Position numbers and translations under genes: made by a program. Shown piece after piece: positions 10,239 through 21,300 of a stretch of 64,000 nt of DNA. The notes beneath the pieces were generated by a model, which was not told the DNA's origin, ran no database searches, and saw only the letters and a list, made by a program, of their open reading frames with translations. Position 1 is the stretch's first letter; each line of letters starts with the position of its first letter. Source of the stretch: Candidatus Thermofontivivens primus (lineage in GTDB: Bacteria > Sysuimicrobiota > Sysuimicrobiia > Sysuimicrobiales > Thermofontiviventaceae); NCBI GenBank assembly GCA_031458695.1, contig JAVKJW010000005.1, forward strand, positions 20,390-84,389, in the 5' to 3' direction.

Positions 10239-11525
10239 CTAGCCCAGTTCCTTCCGCCACTTCTCGATGTCTGGCTTCGTCAGCACGAGGGGTACCGTGA
10301 CCGTGCCCTCCCGGATCTTCTTCTCCAGCTCGGCAACAGCAGCCCAGATCCACTGTGGTTGCGCCTCGCGCATCGCCTTGACCTTTGCACGGATCTCCGC
10401 TGGCGGGGCAGGGAGGACCTTCTTCCCCGTCAGCTTCTCGGCAGTCTGTCCCATCTTGATGAACTCGTCGAGATCGGCGAGCGTGGAGACTGAGATCCCC
10501 TCGGTGAGCTCACCAGCGACCTTAGTGCCGATCCCCAGGACCAGCGTCCCCTTGGTCTGCTTCACGAGGTCCCGGAACTTGCCATCCTTGACGAACTTTG
10601 TCGCATAGTAGACGCCCTTGTCCACGCGCTTCATCATGCTGGCGATGACGAAGCCCGGGTTGATCCAGTCCTGGTTGGCGTCGACGCCGATCCAGAACGG
10701 CGGGCCCATCTTCAGGCCCCTGGCCTTGGCGATTTCCTGTACCGCTTGGTTGATGCCAAGTCCCAGGGGACCGGCGATGTTGTACACCGCAACCGCATCC
10801 TTGGCGTACATCGCCTTTGCGGCTGCATAACCCTTGGGGATGTCGCTGAAGGTGCCGGTGTACGTCCAAAGGACAAAGTCCGTGCGATACTTAAAGGCTT
10901 TATCTGGCTTGTTCTTGAACATCCACTCCGTCGCCCACCGGGCCCCCCACTTGTAGCCGATCTCAAACTTCCAGAGGACGGGGATCTCAATGCCGAATAC
11001 TCCGCCAATGTAGGGTTTGTTGTAGTGGGCTGCCAGCAACGTGGCCAGGGCGCCCACGAGGGCGCTCCCCTTGTGCTCTTCGTACACGATATCCATCAGG
11101 TTGGGCAAAGGGTACTTAGCCGGGAACTTCTCCTTGATAATGGATTGGGCAAAGGTATCGATTCCCACGAAGTTCTTGTTGGGGAACCTCTGGGCGACCT
11201 GGGCGAGGGCATCGCTGAGCAGGAAGCCCACCCCCACAATGAGCTGGACATCTGGATCCCTGGCCGCAGTCGTCAGGTTGGGGACGTAATCGGCCTCCAC
11301 CTTGCTGATGAGCTCCACCATCTGGACGCCGAAATCCCTCTCCGCATCCTCACCGCCCTTGAATGCCATGTCGTTGAAGCTGAGGTCCCCCCGGCCTCCG
11401 ATGTCGGAGACAACGGCGATCTTGAAGCGTTTGGGGGCGGCCTGGACGAGTGCGTAGGGGAAGGACTGGAGCAGCAAAGCCGCGAGGATGATGAAAAGCG
11501 CCCCAAGCCACAACCGTGACTTCAT
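10239..11525 (-). CDS. BMP-family (PnrA-like) ABC substrate-binding protein, probably nucleoside-binding.
   Basis: Start placed at MKSRLWLGALFIILAALLL... (signal peptide) rather than the longer track ORF. BMP/Med-family fold. First gene of the transporter operon. Confidence 0.85.
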   Translation of the reverse strand: MKSRLWLGALFIILAALLLQSFPYALVQAAPKRFKIAVVSDIGGRGDLSFNDMAFKGGEDAERDFGVQMVELISKVEADYVPNLTTAARDPDVQLIVGVGFLLSDALAQVAQRFPNKNFVGIDTFAQSIIKEKFPAKYPLPNLMDIVYEEHKGSALVGALATLLAAHYNKPYIGGVFGIEIPVLWKFEIGYKWGARWATEWMFKNKPDKAFKYRTDFVLWTYTGTFSDIPKGYAAAKAMYAKDAVAVYNIAGPLGLGINQAVQEIAKARGLKMGPPFWIGVDANQDWINPGFVIASMMKRVDKGVYYATKFVKDGKFRDLVKQTKGTLVLGIGTKVAGELTEGISVSTLADLDEFIKMGQTAEKLTGKKVLPAPPAEIRAKVKAMREAQPQWIWAAVAELEKKIREGTVTVPLVLTKPDIEKWRKELG

Positions 11526-11789
11526 CGCCTCTCCCTCCTCTTTCGCATGTTGGCGGCCGGGGTCTTGGTTTGGAAAACCGTTCTCCCCGGAAGCCCCAGG
11601 GGACCTTGCCCGGCACACCACTTCTAAAACTACGTCACACCCTTCCCGGAAACCTGCAAAGAGATCTACGCAGCCAAAGGATTTTTACACCTCAGCGATA
11701 TGCAAAAAGGCAACCGCGCACGCGGCCACGAATTCATGATTGTAAAGCGGCTCTGTACCCAGCGAGGCGGTCGCGGAGGGGGAGAGGGG

Positions 11790-12683
11790 TTGGCCCGGAT
11801 TCTTGTCACCGGTGCAGCGAATGTGGATCTCATTGGCGCTCCTGCTGACCCGCTTATCCCAGGAGTGTCCAACCCTGGGACAATCGCGCTGGCCCCAGGT
11901 GGAGCAGCCCGGAATGTGGCCGAGCACCTCTCCCAGATGGGCCATGATGTGCACCTGATCACGGCTGTAGGGGATGATCCCTTCGGGAGGTGGGTCCTCG
12001 ACGCGACCGCGCAGGCGGGCGTAGATGTTTCCAGCGCTTTCCAGTTTCCAGGTCAGCGCACAGGGCTTTACCTTGCGATCCTCGACGATGGGGAAGTCAC
12101 TGCAGCAGTCTCAGCCACAGGGATCGTCGAGGAGCTGACCCCTGAATCCCTCCAGACGCGCGCACCGTTGTTTTCTCAGGCAGACATCGTCGTAGCAGAT
12201 GCGAACCTCCTTCCTGAAGCTCTCTGGGAGGTGCATCGCCTTTCCAGGAACGCTCTCCTATGCCTCCTTCCTGTCTCCCCCCAAAAAGCCACCCGCCTCC
12301 GCGGGATCCTGGCAGAGGCTGATCTCGTCGTGGGGAGCGCCAAGGAGGGAGAGGTCCTTGCTGGCCGCCCGTGTGGATCTCGGGCGGATCTCATCCTTCT
12401 TGGGAGGGCGATCCTCTCCCATGGCCCGAAGGTCGTCGCCCTCACGATGGGTGGAGAGGGTGCGGTGGTGATCACAGAGGATGCATACCTCTGGGCTCCT
12501 GCTCCCAACGTCAAGGTTGTGGACCCCACGGGAGCAGGGGATGCCTTCGCGGCAGGGATCATCCATGGAAGAGCCCTTAGGCTTCCCCTCCGGGAGATGC
12601 TGGAAGGTGCCATGGACAGGGCAGCCATTGCCCTCAAAGCTCGTGGGAATCTCTGGAGGCATCTTCTAGGAGATTCATCCTGA
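11790..12683 (+). CDS. pfkB-family carbohydrate/nucleoside kinase, probable pseudouridine kinase.
   Basis: Ribokinase-like N-terminus (ARILVTGAANVDLIG) and GAGD motif near the C-terminus. Immediately upstream of a pseudouridine-5'-phosphate glycosidase gene. Start is uncertain: the track ORF starts at 11700, and a TTG at 11790 preceded by GGAGG is my preferred start. Confidence 0.7.
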   Translation: MARILVTGAANVDLIGAPADPLIPGVSNPGTIALAPGGAARNVAEHLSQMGHDVHLITAVGDDPFGRWVLDATAQAGVDVSSAFQFPGQRTGLYLAILDDGEVTAAVSATGIVEELTPESLQTRAPLFSQADIVVADANLLPEALWEVHRLSRNALLCLLPVSPQKATRLRGILAEADLVVGSAKEGEVLAGRPCGSRADLILLGRAILSHGPKVVALTMGGEGAVVITEDAYLWAPAPNVKVVDPTGAGDAFAAGIIHGRALRLPLREMLEGAMDRAAIALKARGNLWRHLLGDSS

Positions 12684-12708
12684 TCCTCTTCAGAAGGGAG
12701 AGAGATCC

Positions 12709-13638
12709 ATGGGGGTCGAGATCCTCCACGCCTTCGTCGACCTCAGCCCTGAAGTGGCCGAGGCAATAAGCCAGGGTCTTCCTCTTGTTGCCCTGGAGAC
12801 CACAGTGGTCACCCACGGTCTCCCCTTCCCTTACAACCTCCAGGCGATGGAGGAGATGGAAAAGGCCGTTCGTGAGTGGGGAGCGGTCCCAGCAGCAATT
12901 GGGGTCATCCGGGGACGTCTCCGGATCGGCCTCTCTAAAGAGGACCTCAACTGGCTTGCAGAGGGGAAAGTGGAGAAAGCCACGGCGAACGACCTTGCGG
13001 CGATGGTGACGAAGGGCCAAAGCGCGGGGTTGACTGTCTCTGGGACCCTCGCCGCGAGTAGGCTCCTAGACATCCCTATCCTGGCTACGGGAGGGATTGG
13101 AGGAGTCCACAGAGGGGGATGGAGGACGTGGGATGTGAGCAGGGACCTCTACGAGCTTAGTAGGACCCAAGCGGCTGTTGTGTGTAGCGGGGTGAAGATC
13201 CTCTGTGATGTAGCGTTGACCCTAGAGCTCCTGGAATCCCTGGGGATAGGAGTGGTAGGGTTCCAGACCGATACCTTTCCTTATTTTTACCTGAGATCCA
13301 GTGGGCTTCCCATTTCCACCACAATGGCCGATCCGAAAGAGATTGCCAACCTCCTGCTTGTTCGGCGGAGGTTACACCAGCAGGAAGGGATCCTTGTGGT
13401 GCAACCCCTTCCAGAGGACTTAAGCCTTGAACGATCCATGGTGGAAGAGGCATTACGCGTGGCTGAGAGGAACGCGAGGGCGAAGGGGATCCGTGGGAAA
13501 GCGCTCACCCCGTTTCTCCTCCAGTCCCTCCATGCGCTTACCTCTGGAGCCACGGTCCAGGCCAACCTCGCGTTGCTCTCGTCCAATGCCCGGCTTGCCG
13601 CTCAGATCGCCTCTGCCCTCGCGGATCTCAGGAGGTAG
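12709..13638 (+). CDS. psuG: Pseudouridine-5'-phosphate glycosidase (IndA family).
   Basis: 309 aa. Conserved GGIGGVHRG...VVCSGVKILCD motifs of PsuG. Confidence 0.85.
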   Translation: MGVEILHAFVDLSPEVAEAISQGLPLVALETTVVTHGLPFPYNLQAMEEMEKAVREWGAVPAAIGVIRGRLRIGLSKEDLNWLAEGKVEKATANDLAAMVTKGQSAGLTVSGTLAASRLLDIPILATGGIGGVHRGGWRTWDVSRDLYELSRTQAAVVCSGVKILCDVALTLELLESLGIGVVGFQTDTFPYFYLRSSGLPISTTMADPKEIANLLLVRRRLHQQEGILVVQPLPEDLSLERSMVEEALRVAERNARAKGIRGKALTPFLLQSLHALTSGATVQANLALLSSNARLAAQIASALADLRR

Positions 13639-13692
13639 GTCCGAGGGGACCGTGGAAGTGTAAGTCCATAAGGAGGATTTCGGGGGCAGGAC

Positions 13693-14481
13693 TTGACCGA
13701 AGGAGAGTTGCCCGTCATGAGGGAATTGCAGCAGGGTGAGTTGGGGCTTGGGGAACTCCTGCGCCGTGCCAGGGAGAGAAAAGGGCTCTCCTACGTCGAC
13801 CTGGAGGCGATGACCAGGATCCGGAGGACCTACCTGAAGGCCTTGGAAGAGGAGAAGTTCGAACTACTTCCTCCACCTATATTTGTGAAAGGCTACCTGA
13901 AGATCCTCGCCCAGGCACTGGATATCGAGGAAGGTTCACTCCTCCACATCTACGCGCAGATATCCCAGCCTCCTCCTCAGGCTGAATTCGCCAAGGTTCC
14001 CATTGAGCCGGCTACCCCTCCCTCCCCATGGCGCCGCGTTGTGGTCCTTGCTACCCTTTTCCTCCTCGTGGTCCTCAGTGCTGTTGGGTACTACGCCCTG
14101 ACAGAGCTTAGACAGTTCCTCGCCCCTCAGCCCCAGGTGGAAACTACCTACATCCAACCGGAGCCATCCCAGGAAGCTTTTGGGGGAGACCAGGGAGCTA
14201 TCCAGGAATCCCCGCCTCCAAAAGCGCCACCGGCTCAAAGCGGGGTGCGTGTCGTGCTGAAGGCGAGTGGCAGGTCCTGGGTGCGGGTCATCGCCGACAG
14301 GGAGAAGGTGTTTGAAGGGTTCCTGAAGAGCGGTGAAATGGGAAGCTGGGAGGCGTCGGAGGAGATCACCATCCGCGTTGGAAATGCTGGGGGTGTTGCG
14401 GTCTCTGTGAACGGCTCCACCTTTACTCCCATGGGAAAGCCAGGACAAGTCGTCGAGCAAACTTTCACCTCCTCTCCATAG
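13693..14481 (+). CDS. rodZ: RodZ-like cytoskeleton protein (XRE-type HTH, TM helix, C-terminal DUF4115-like domain).
   Basis: N-terminal HTH (LGELLRRARERKGLSYVDLEAMTRIRRTYLKALEE), one TM segment, Pro-rich linker, C-terminal beta domain. Confidence 0.7.
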   Translation: MTEGELPVMRELQQGELGLGELLRRARERKGLSYVDLEAMTRIRRTYLKALEEEKFELLPPPIFVKGYLKILAQALDIEEGSLLHIYAQISQPPPQAEFAKVPIEPATPPSPWRRVVVLATLFLLVVLSAVGYYALTELRQFLAPQPQVETTYIQPEPSQEAFGGDQGAIQESPPPKAPPAQSGVRVVLKASGRSWVRVIADREKVFEGFLKSGEMGSWEASEEITIRVGNAGGVAVSVNGSTFTPMGKPGQVVEQTFTSSP

Positions 14482-14511
14482 CCTGAATCCTTGTTGCAAG
14501 AATTACATTTT

Positions 14512-14540
14512 TCTTTTATACTAGAATCACTTGATTGTTT
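14512..14540 (+). promoter_or_regulatory. Sigma-A-type promoter upstream of cinA.
   Basis: TTGCAA, 17 bp, TATACT in an AT-rich intergenic stretch about 70 bp before the cinA start. Confidence 0.5.
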
Positions 14541-14609
14541 TTCGGCGAGGGTTGAGTAAAGGGAGAGCGGGGTCCTCCGTCCAAGTAGTTAGGGAAACAA
14601 GGCCTGAGG

Positions 14610-15875
14610 TTGGAGATGCGTGCTGAGATTATTTCCGTGGGGACCGAACTGCTCCTTGGCCAGATTGTGGACACCAATGCTACTTTCCTGGCCCAGGTCC
14701 TGGCCGAACTCGGGATTGACCTCTATTTTAAGACCACCGTGGGGGATAACTGGGCGCGTATCCAGCAGGTAACAAAAGAGGCGCTGTCCCGTTCCGATCT
14801 CCTCCTCTTTACGGGGGGGCTCGGCCCTACAGAGGACGATCTCACCAAGGAGGCAGTGGCAGACCTCCTGGGGTTAGAGCTGGTACGGGAGGAGAGCGTG
14901 GAAGCCCATATCCGCGCGTTGTTTGAACAGCGTCGTCGACCCCTGGTGGAATCCGTGCTCAAGCAAGCCCTCATCCCCAGGGGGGCCAAGATCATTCCAA
15001 ACCGGTGGGGAACCGCTCCCGGGTTGATCATCGAACACGGGGAGAAGATCCTGATCCTTCTCCCGGGGGTTCCCCGCGAGATGAAAGGGATGGTCCGGGA
15101 AGGGGTCATCCCTTATCTCCACTCCAGAGGGTTCACAGGGAAGGAAGTCATCCGTTCCCGCATCCTCCGGATCGCAGGGGCGGGAGAGGCATTGGTCGAA
15201 GCAAAGCTGGCCGGCCTTCTCTCGCGGGCAAACCCGACCATTGCCTTCTTGGCCCATCGGGGAGAGGTCCACGTCCGCATCACCGCGAAGGGGAACCCTG
15301 AGGAGGTAGCAGCAATGCTGGAGGCTGCGGAACAGGAAGTTCGCGGGCGTCTGGGCGAGCTTGTCTTTGGAATCGATGAGGAAAGCCTGGAGGAAGTCGT
15401 GGGCCGCCTCCTGCGTGGCCGTCGCCTAACCCTTGGGGTTGTCGAGTCGTGTACAGGTGGCCTCCTCTCCCACCGGTTGACCAACGTCCCCGGGAGCTCG
15501 GAATACCTTGTGGGAGCTGCGGTGCCCTACACGAAGCGGGCGAAGATGCAGCTTGGCCGGTTGAAGGAAGCACTTCTTAGAGAGGCGGGCGAGGTGAGCC
15601 CGGAGGTGAGCGTGGCCATGGCCAGGGAAGCGAGGGCGCTCTTGGGGAGCGATCTTGGGCTGTCAGTAACTGGGGTGGCTGGGCCCCAACGCGTAGGGGA
15701 ACTTCCTGTAGGAACTGTGTATATCGCCCTTGCCGCACCGGAAGGGGAAGAGGTAGAGGAGCACCGGTTTGGGGAAGAACCTGGGCGCGAGGGGATCAAG
15801 TGGCTCGCATCCCAGGCTGCGTTGAACTTGCTACGGCTTTACCTTCTTCGGGGTCTCAACGGGAGGAGATCGTGA
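14610..15875 (+). CDS. cinA: Competence/damage-inducible protein CinA (MoeA-like domain plus CinA C-terminal deamidase domain).
   Basis: 421 aa, MEMRAEIISVGTELLLGQIVDTNATFLA..., canonical CinA N-terminus. Sits upstream of recA as in Bacillus. Confidence 0.9.
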   Translation: MEMRAEIISVGTELLLGQIVDTNATFLAQVLAELGIDLYFKTTVGDNWARIQQVTKEALSRSDLLLFTGGLGPTEDDLTKEAVADLLGLELVREESVEAHIRALFEQRRRPLVESVLKQALIPRGAKIIPNRWGTAPGLIIEHGEKILILLPGVPREMKGMVREGVIPYLHSRGFTGKEVIRSRILRIAGAGEALVEAKLAGLLSRANPTIAFLAHRGEVHVRITAKGNPEEVAAMLEAAEQEVRGRLGELVFGIDEESLEEVVGRLLRGRRLTLGVVESCTGGLLSHRLTNVPGSSEYLVGAAVPYTKRAKMQLGRLKEALLREAGEVSPEVSVAMAREARALLGSDLGLSVTGVAGPQRVGELPVGTVYIALAAPEGEEVEEHRFGEEPGREGIKWLASQAALNLLRLYLLRGLNGRRS

Positions 15876-16465
15876 ACCGCGAGCAGCCACGTCTTCATCG
15901 CGTGTTCATCGCCGTGGAGCTTGATCATCAGCTCAGGGAGAAGGTTGTTCATATCCAGCAGGCCCTCAAGGAGTCAGGCGCGCACATGCGGTGGGTCCAG
16001 CCCCAGAACCTCCATTTTACCCTCCGGTTCTTGGGGGAACTCCCTTTGGCTGAGGTGGCCAAGGCAAAGATCGCCGTGCGCGAGGCAGGCCGCAGGGCCT
16101 CTCCATTCGCGATCCATCTCAAGGGGGTAGGGGCTTTCCCTAGCCTGGAGCGCCCCCAGGTGGTCTGGATCGGTGTTGGGGAGGGGGAGGCTGAACTCGC
16201 TAGGCTTGCTGAAGCCGTCAGCCTTTCCCTGGCGCGATACCACTTTCCCAAAGAGGACCGGCCGTTTACTGCCCACCTCACCCTTGGCAGGCTGAAGACG
16301 AGCAGGAACTGGGGGGATCTCGTCCGCCTCCTGCGCTCCCTGAAGGATGTGGATGTGGGCGATCAGCGCGTGGAGGCTATGGTGGTGATGGAGAGCCGCC
16401 TCACTCCGAGCGGGCCCATCTATACCCCTCTGGAGACAGTTCTCCTGGGGGAAAATGGGGCTTGA
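15872..16465 (+). CDS. thpR: RNA 2',3'-cyclic phosphodiesterase / 2'-5' RNA ligase (LigT/ThpR, 2H family).
   Basis: Two H-x-T/S-x motifs (HFTLRFLG, HLTLGRL). GTGA start overlaps the cinA stop, preceded by GGGAGGAG. Confidence 0.8.
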   Translation: MNREQPRLHRVFIAVELDHQLREKVVHIQQALKESGAHMRWVQPQNLHFTLRFLGELPLAEVAKAKIAVREAGRRASPFAIHLKGVGAFPSLERPQVVWIGVGEGEAELARLAEAVSLSLARYHFPKEDRPFTAHLTLGRLKTSRNWGDLVRLLRSLKDVDVGDQRVEAMVVMESRLTPSGPIYTPLETVLLGENGA

Positions 16466-16490
16466 CAATCAAACATATGTTTGGTATAGT
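16462..16490 (+). promoter_or_regulatory. recA promoter (TTGACA, 17 bp, TATAGT) with an embedded palindromic LexA (Cheo-type) box CAAACATATGTTTG.
   Basis: Seen directly: cTTGACAatCAAACATATGTTTGgTATAGT about 30 bp upstream of the recA ATG. The 14-mer is a perfect palindrome of the GAAC-N4-GTTC class (AAAC/GTTT variant). Confidence 0.7.
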
Positions 16491-16516
16491 GAGTTCAAGC
16501 AAAGAGGGAGGTAGTC

Positions 16517-17587
16517 ATGATGAATGAGCGTCAGCGTGCTCTCGAATTAGCCCTCACCCAGATTGAGAAGCAATTTGGAAAAGGATCGATCATGAAACTT
16601 GGCGAGGCAAGCGCCAAGCTCGCAGTGGAAGTGATCTCCACGGGTGCCCTTTCCCTCGATGCTGCCCTTGGCATCGGGGGAGTCCCGCGGGGCAGGGTGG
16701 TGGAGATCTACGGCCCTGAAGCGTCGGGGAAGACCACCTTGGGGTACCACATCATTGCTGAGGCCCAACGGGAAGGGGGAATTGCTGCTTTCATTGACGC
16801 GGAGCACGCGCTTGACCCCAACTATGCCCGGGCGATTGGCGTGGATGTCGACAACCTCTATATCTCCCAGCCCGACTCCGGGGAACAGGCCCTGGAGATC
16901 GCGGAGATGCTTGTGCGAAGCGGGGCTGTGGACGTGATTGTCATCGACTCAGTGGCCGCCCTCGTCCCCCGGGCTGAGCTCGATGGGGAGATGGGGGATG
17001 CTCACGTGGGGCTTCAGGCAAGACTCATGTCCCAGGCGCTCCGCAAACTCGTCGGCGCCATCAGCAAGTCCCGCACCACTGTCGTGTTCATCAACCAGGT
17101 GCGCGAGAAGATCGGGGTAATGTTTGGGAACCCCGAGACCACGACGGGAGGGCGCGCACTAAAATTCTACTCCTCTGTCCGCATGGAGATCCGAAGAACC
17201 GAGAGCCTGAAGTCTGGGGAGGATACAGTGGGCATGCGCGCCCGGGTGAAGGTCGTCAAGAACAAGCTGGCCCCGCCCTTCAAGGAAGGGGAGGTGGAGA
17301 TTCTCTACGGGAAGGGCATTTCCAAGGCAGGGAATATCCTCGACATGGCTGTCTCCACTGGGATCATCACCCGTAGCGGCACGTGGTACACCTATGGGGA
17401 CATCCGGTTGGGCCAAGGGAGGGAGAATGCCCGGGATTTCCTGGAGAGCAACCCTGAGCTTGCCCACGAGATCGAGGACAAAGTGCGGGAGAAACTGGGG
17501 CTTCCTAGGTTGAAGACGGTAGGGGAGGTTAAAGCATCCGACCCGGAGCAGGTACGCAAAGAGCCTCAGGCAAAAGTGAAGGCGTAA
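16517..17587 (+). CDS. recA: Recombinase RecA.
   Basis: 356 aa. Walker A GPESSGKTT, L1/L2 loops. Unmistakable RecA. Confidence 0.97.
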   Translation: MMNERQRALELALTQIEKQFGKGSIMKLGEASAKLAVEVISTGALSLDAALGIGGVPRGRVVEIYGPEASGKTTLGYHIIAEAQREGGIAAFIDAEHALDPNYARAIGVDVDNLYISQPDSGEQALEIAEMLVRSGAVDVIVIDSVAALVPRAELDGEMGDAHVGLQARLMSQALRKLVGAISKSRTTVVFINQVREKIGVMFGNPETTTGGRALKFYSSVRMEIRRTESLKSGEDTVGMRARVKVVKNKLAPPFKEGEVEILYGKGISKAGNILDMAVSTGIITRSGTWYTYGDIRLGQGRENARDFLESNPELAHEIEDKVREKLGLPRLKTVGEVKASDPEQVRKEPQAKVKA

Positions 17588-17670
17588 GCGGGCGAGCTCC
17601 CTCCTGAAGATAGGAGTACCACTCCACAGGATCTACTTCGGGTGTTGGTGGGGTACTTGGGAGAGCGACG

Positions 17671-18312
17671 ATGGTCACCGTTCGACGAATTCGTTCTCTT
17701 CCAGGCGCTGTGGAGAGGGCTATCGTGGAGGTGGAGGGAAAGGGGAGATTTTTGGTCTCAAGAGGGCTTGCGGCGGAGTTAGAAGTAGGGATGGCCCTCG
17801 ATGATCGGCTCCTTAGGAGGCTCGCGAGCGAGGACCTTTTGCACCGTGCGCTGCAAGTTGCTCTCCGGCTTTTACGCATCCGCCTGTACAGCAGGGCAGA
17901 AATGACCCTCCACCTTAAAAGGCGCGGATTCCCTCCCCAGATCGTGACGAATGTGATCCGCATGTTAGAGCAGCAGGGAGTTCTCAACGACCTCCAGTTT
18001 GCCAAGACTTGGATCACTGGGGTCATGGCGAGACGACCAGCGTGGCAGAAGAGGCTAGAAGCGGAGCTACGGGCAAAGGGGGTGGTGAAGGAGGTGATCG
18101 CACAAGCGCTCGATGAGGCCCTCTCCGGGACTACAGAAGTTGAGGTTGCGCGGGAAGTTGCCCTCCGTCGCCTCCGGGCGTATCATCGCTTTCCCCCGGA
18201 GGTGCAACAAAGGCGTTTGATCTCCTTCCTCCAGCGCAGGGGGTTCACTCCCGAGACAGCTACATCTGTGGTGAGGGAGCTTGTGCGGGAGGAAGGATCT
18301 CGTGAATCCTGA
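17671..18312 (+). CDS. recX: RecA regulator RecX.
   Basis: 213 aa, three-helix-repeat RecX family, directly downstream of recA. Confidence 0.85.
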   Translation: MVTVRRIRSLPGAVERAIVEVEGKGRFLVSRGLAAELEVGMALDDRLLRRLASEDLLHRALQVALRLLRIRLYSRAEMTLHLKRRGFPPQIVTNVIRMLEQQGVLNDLQFAKTWITGVMARRPAWQKRLEAELRAKGVVKEVIAQALDEALSGTTEVEVAREVALRRLRAYHRFPPEVQQRRLISFLQRRGFTPETATSVVRELVREEGSRES

Positions 18313-18321
18313 GGGCACGTC

Positions 18322-21300
18322 ATGGGGAAACGAAGACACCGCAACCTGGCTTCGAGGACGAGGAAAGGCGAAGAAAGTGAGGACCAACTCCCCTTGGGCC
18401 TCGAACCTCCCTCTGTAGAACTCCTCCATGCGGGGCTGCCGCATGAATCGAGAGTGGCGGAGGAGCCTGCTGAATTCCTGAAGGAGTTGGGGGAGCTCTC
18501 GGTCAGCAGGATCCTTGCTGACCTCAACGAAGAGCAAAGGCGCGCAGTCACCCACGGGGAAGGGCCTCTCCTGATTGTTGCAGGCGCAGGCACCGGAAAG
18601 ACCACGGTGATCACCCGCCGCATTGCCTATCTTATCGCGACGAAGCGGGCGAGACCACGGGAGATCCTGGCGCTCACCTTCACCGACAAGGCCGCCGCGG
18701 AGATGGAGGAGAGGGTAGACCTCCTCGTTCCCTATGGGTATGCGGACGTGTGGATTAGTACATTCCACGCGTTCGGAGACCGGATCCTTCGGGAGAATGC
18801 CCTGGAGATCGGCCTTAACCCAGACTTCCGCATCCTCTCCAAGGCGGAGCAGATCATCTTTTTCCGCGAGCACCTTTTCGACTTTCCATTGGACTACTAC
18901 CGCCCGCTCGGTGACCCTACCAAATATGTAGAGGCAATGATCACCCTATTCAGCCGGGCAAAAGATGAGGATGTGAGCCCGGAGGAGTACCTGACGTATG
19001 CAGAAAAACTCCTTGCAGAGGCGGATCCAACTGACCCTGAAGCAGTGCAAGAGGCTCGCAGGCAACTCGAGATTGCCCGTACGTACCAGCGCTACCAGGA
19101 ACTCCTGGCGAAGGAAGGCCTCGTGGACTTTGGAGATCTCATCACCCTCACGCTCAAGCTCTTCCGGGAGCGACCGCATGTCCTGCGGCGCTATCAAGAG
19201 CAGTTCAAGTATATTCTCGTCGATGAGTTCCAGGACACGAACTACGCCCAGTTCCAGCTCACCAAGCTCCTGGCCAGCCGACATGAGAACATCACCGTGG
19301 TGGGCGATGACGACCAGAGCATCTACAAGTTTAGGGGGGCTGCGATTAGCAACATCTTGAACTTTATGGATACCTATCCGCACGCCACCCAGATAGTCCT
19401 TACCAGGAACTATCGTTCTTCTCAGCTCATCCTCGATGCCGCCTATCGCTTGATCCGGTACAACGACCCCGATCGTCTGGAGGTCAAAAACCAGCTGGAC
19501 AAGCGCCTGTTCGCCGTCCATATGGAGGGACAGCCTGTTCGACACCTCCACTTTGATTCACTCTCCAGTGAAGCGGACGCGGTTGCAAGCATCATTGCGG
19601 AGAAGGTGGAGAAAGGTGCATACCGGTATAAGGATTTTGCCATCCTTGTTCGCTCCAACAACGACGCCGACCCTTTCCTGCGTTCCTTAAATATGAGGGG
19701 GATTCCCTTTCACTTCAGCGGGGGGCAGGGGCTCTACCAGCGGGAGGAGATCCGCCTGGTCATGGCTTTTCTCCGATCTCTCACTAACCCGTATGACAAC
19801 CTAAGCCTCTACCATCTGGGAAGTTCCCCCCTCTACCAGATTGACCCCGGGGACCTCGCCCGTTGCCTTGCCGTGGCGAATCGCAAAAACCGCTCCCTGG
19901 AGCACATCTTCGACCAGCTCCACGCGTACGAGGAGTTGGAGGAGGTCTCCCCAGAGAGCCGTGCTGCCATCGCCAAGCTCGTGGAGGACCTCAAAGAGAT
20001 GCGTTCCTTTGCTCAGCACCACGTGACCGGCCGGGTTCTCTACGAGTACCTCGTGAACCGGACAGGATATATCCGGCGCCTCGTTGCTTCAGGCAATGTG
20101 GAGGACGAGATCAAAGTCGCCAACCTGGCGAAGTTTTTCGACATTGTGGCCAAAGTAGCCCAGCTCCTGCGCTACGACAACGTGCACGCGTTCGTAGAGT
20201 ACATGGATAAGCTCATCGAAGCAGGGGATGATCCCACAGCTGCGGAGCTCTCCGGTCCCGACCTCGATGCAGTCCACGTCATGACCGTGCACAAGGCCAA
20301 AGGCCTGGAGTTTCCCGTGGTCTTCCTGGTGAGCTGTGTCTCCGATCGCTTCCCGACCCGGAACCGCAACGAGGGGTTGAGCCTGCCTGATCCTCTGATC
20401 AAGGACATCCTCCCCAGCGGCGATTTCCACCTCCAGGAGGAGCGGCGCCTGTTTTACGTGGGGATGACACGGGCCCAGAAAGAACTCTACTTGACAAGCG
20501 CGCGGGACTATGGGGGGGTTCGGCCACGGAAGGTAAGCCAGTTCGTCCTTGAAGCGATGGATATGCCCAAGGTGGATCCTGAGGTAGCAAAGGCCTCGGC
20601 GGTGGAAGCCATCGAACGGCATGCGCCGCCTGTGGTGGAGTCCTTGATGGGCCAGCCACTTCCTGAGGACAGTCCCCTCATCCTCAGCTTCCGGCAGATC
20701 GACGACTACGATACGTGCCCGCTCAAGTACAAATATATCCATATCCTTCGCGTCCCAGTGATGCGGGATCACCGGGTGGTTTACGGCGCAGCCCTCCACG
20801 AGGCCGTGCGAGAGTATAACCGGAGGAAAGCTCGGAACCAGCCGATGAGCCTGGAAGAGCTCATTTCGTACTTCGAGCGGGTCTGGACAAACGAAGGGTT
20901 CGTCAGCCGGGAACACGAGGATTACCGGTTTGAGGAAGGCCGCCAGGTCCTGCGACAGTTCTTCCTATTCGAAGAAGGTAGTGGGGTTACTCCCACCCTC
21001 GTGGAGATGCCCTTCAGCTTCCAGCTTGGGAAGACGCGTGTAAAGGGGAGGTGGGATCGGGTAGACGTCCACGGGGACGAGGTCGTCATTGTGGACTTCA
21101 AGACGAGCGATGTCCGCGACACGAAGGAGGCCAATAGGAGGACCAGGGAGAGCCTCCAGTTGGCCATTTACGCACTCGCCTACAAGGAGGTCTATGGACG
21201 CCTCCCCTCTTGGGTAGAGCTCCGTTTTTTGGGGAGTCAGCAGGTACTGGTGGGGCGTGCAGAGCCGCATGAGGAGTATATCCGCGAAGCGATAGAGGTG

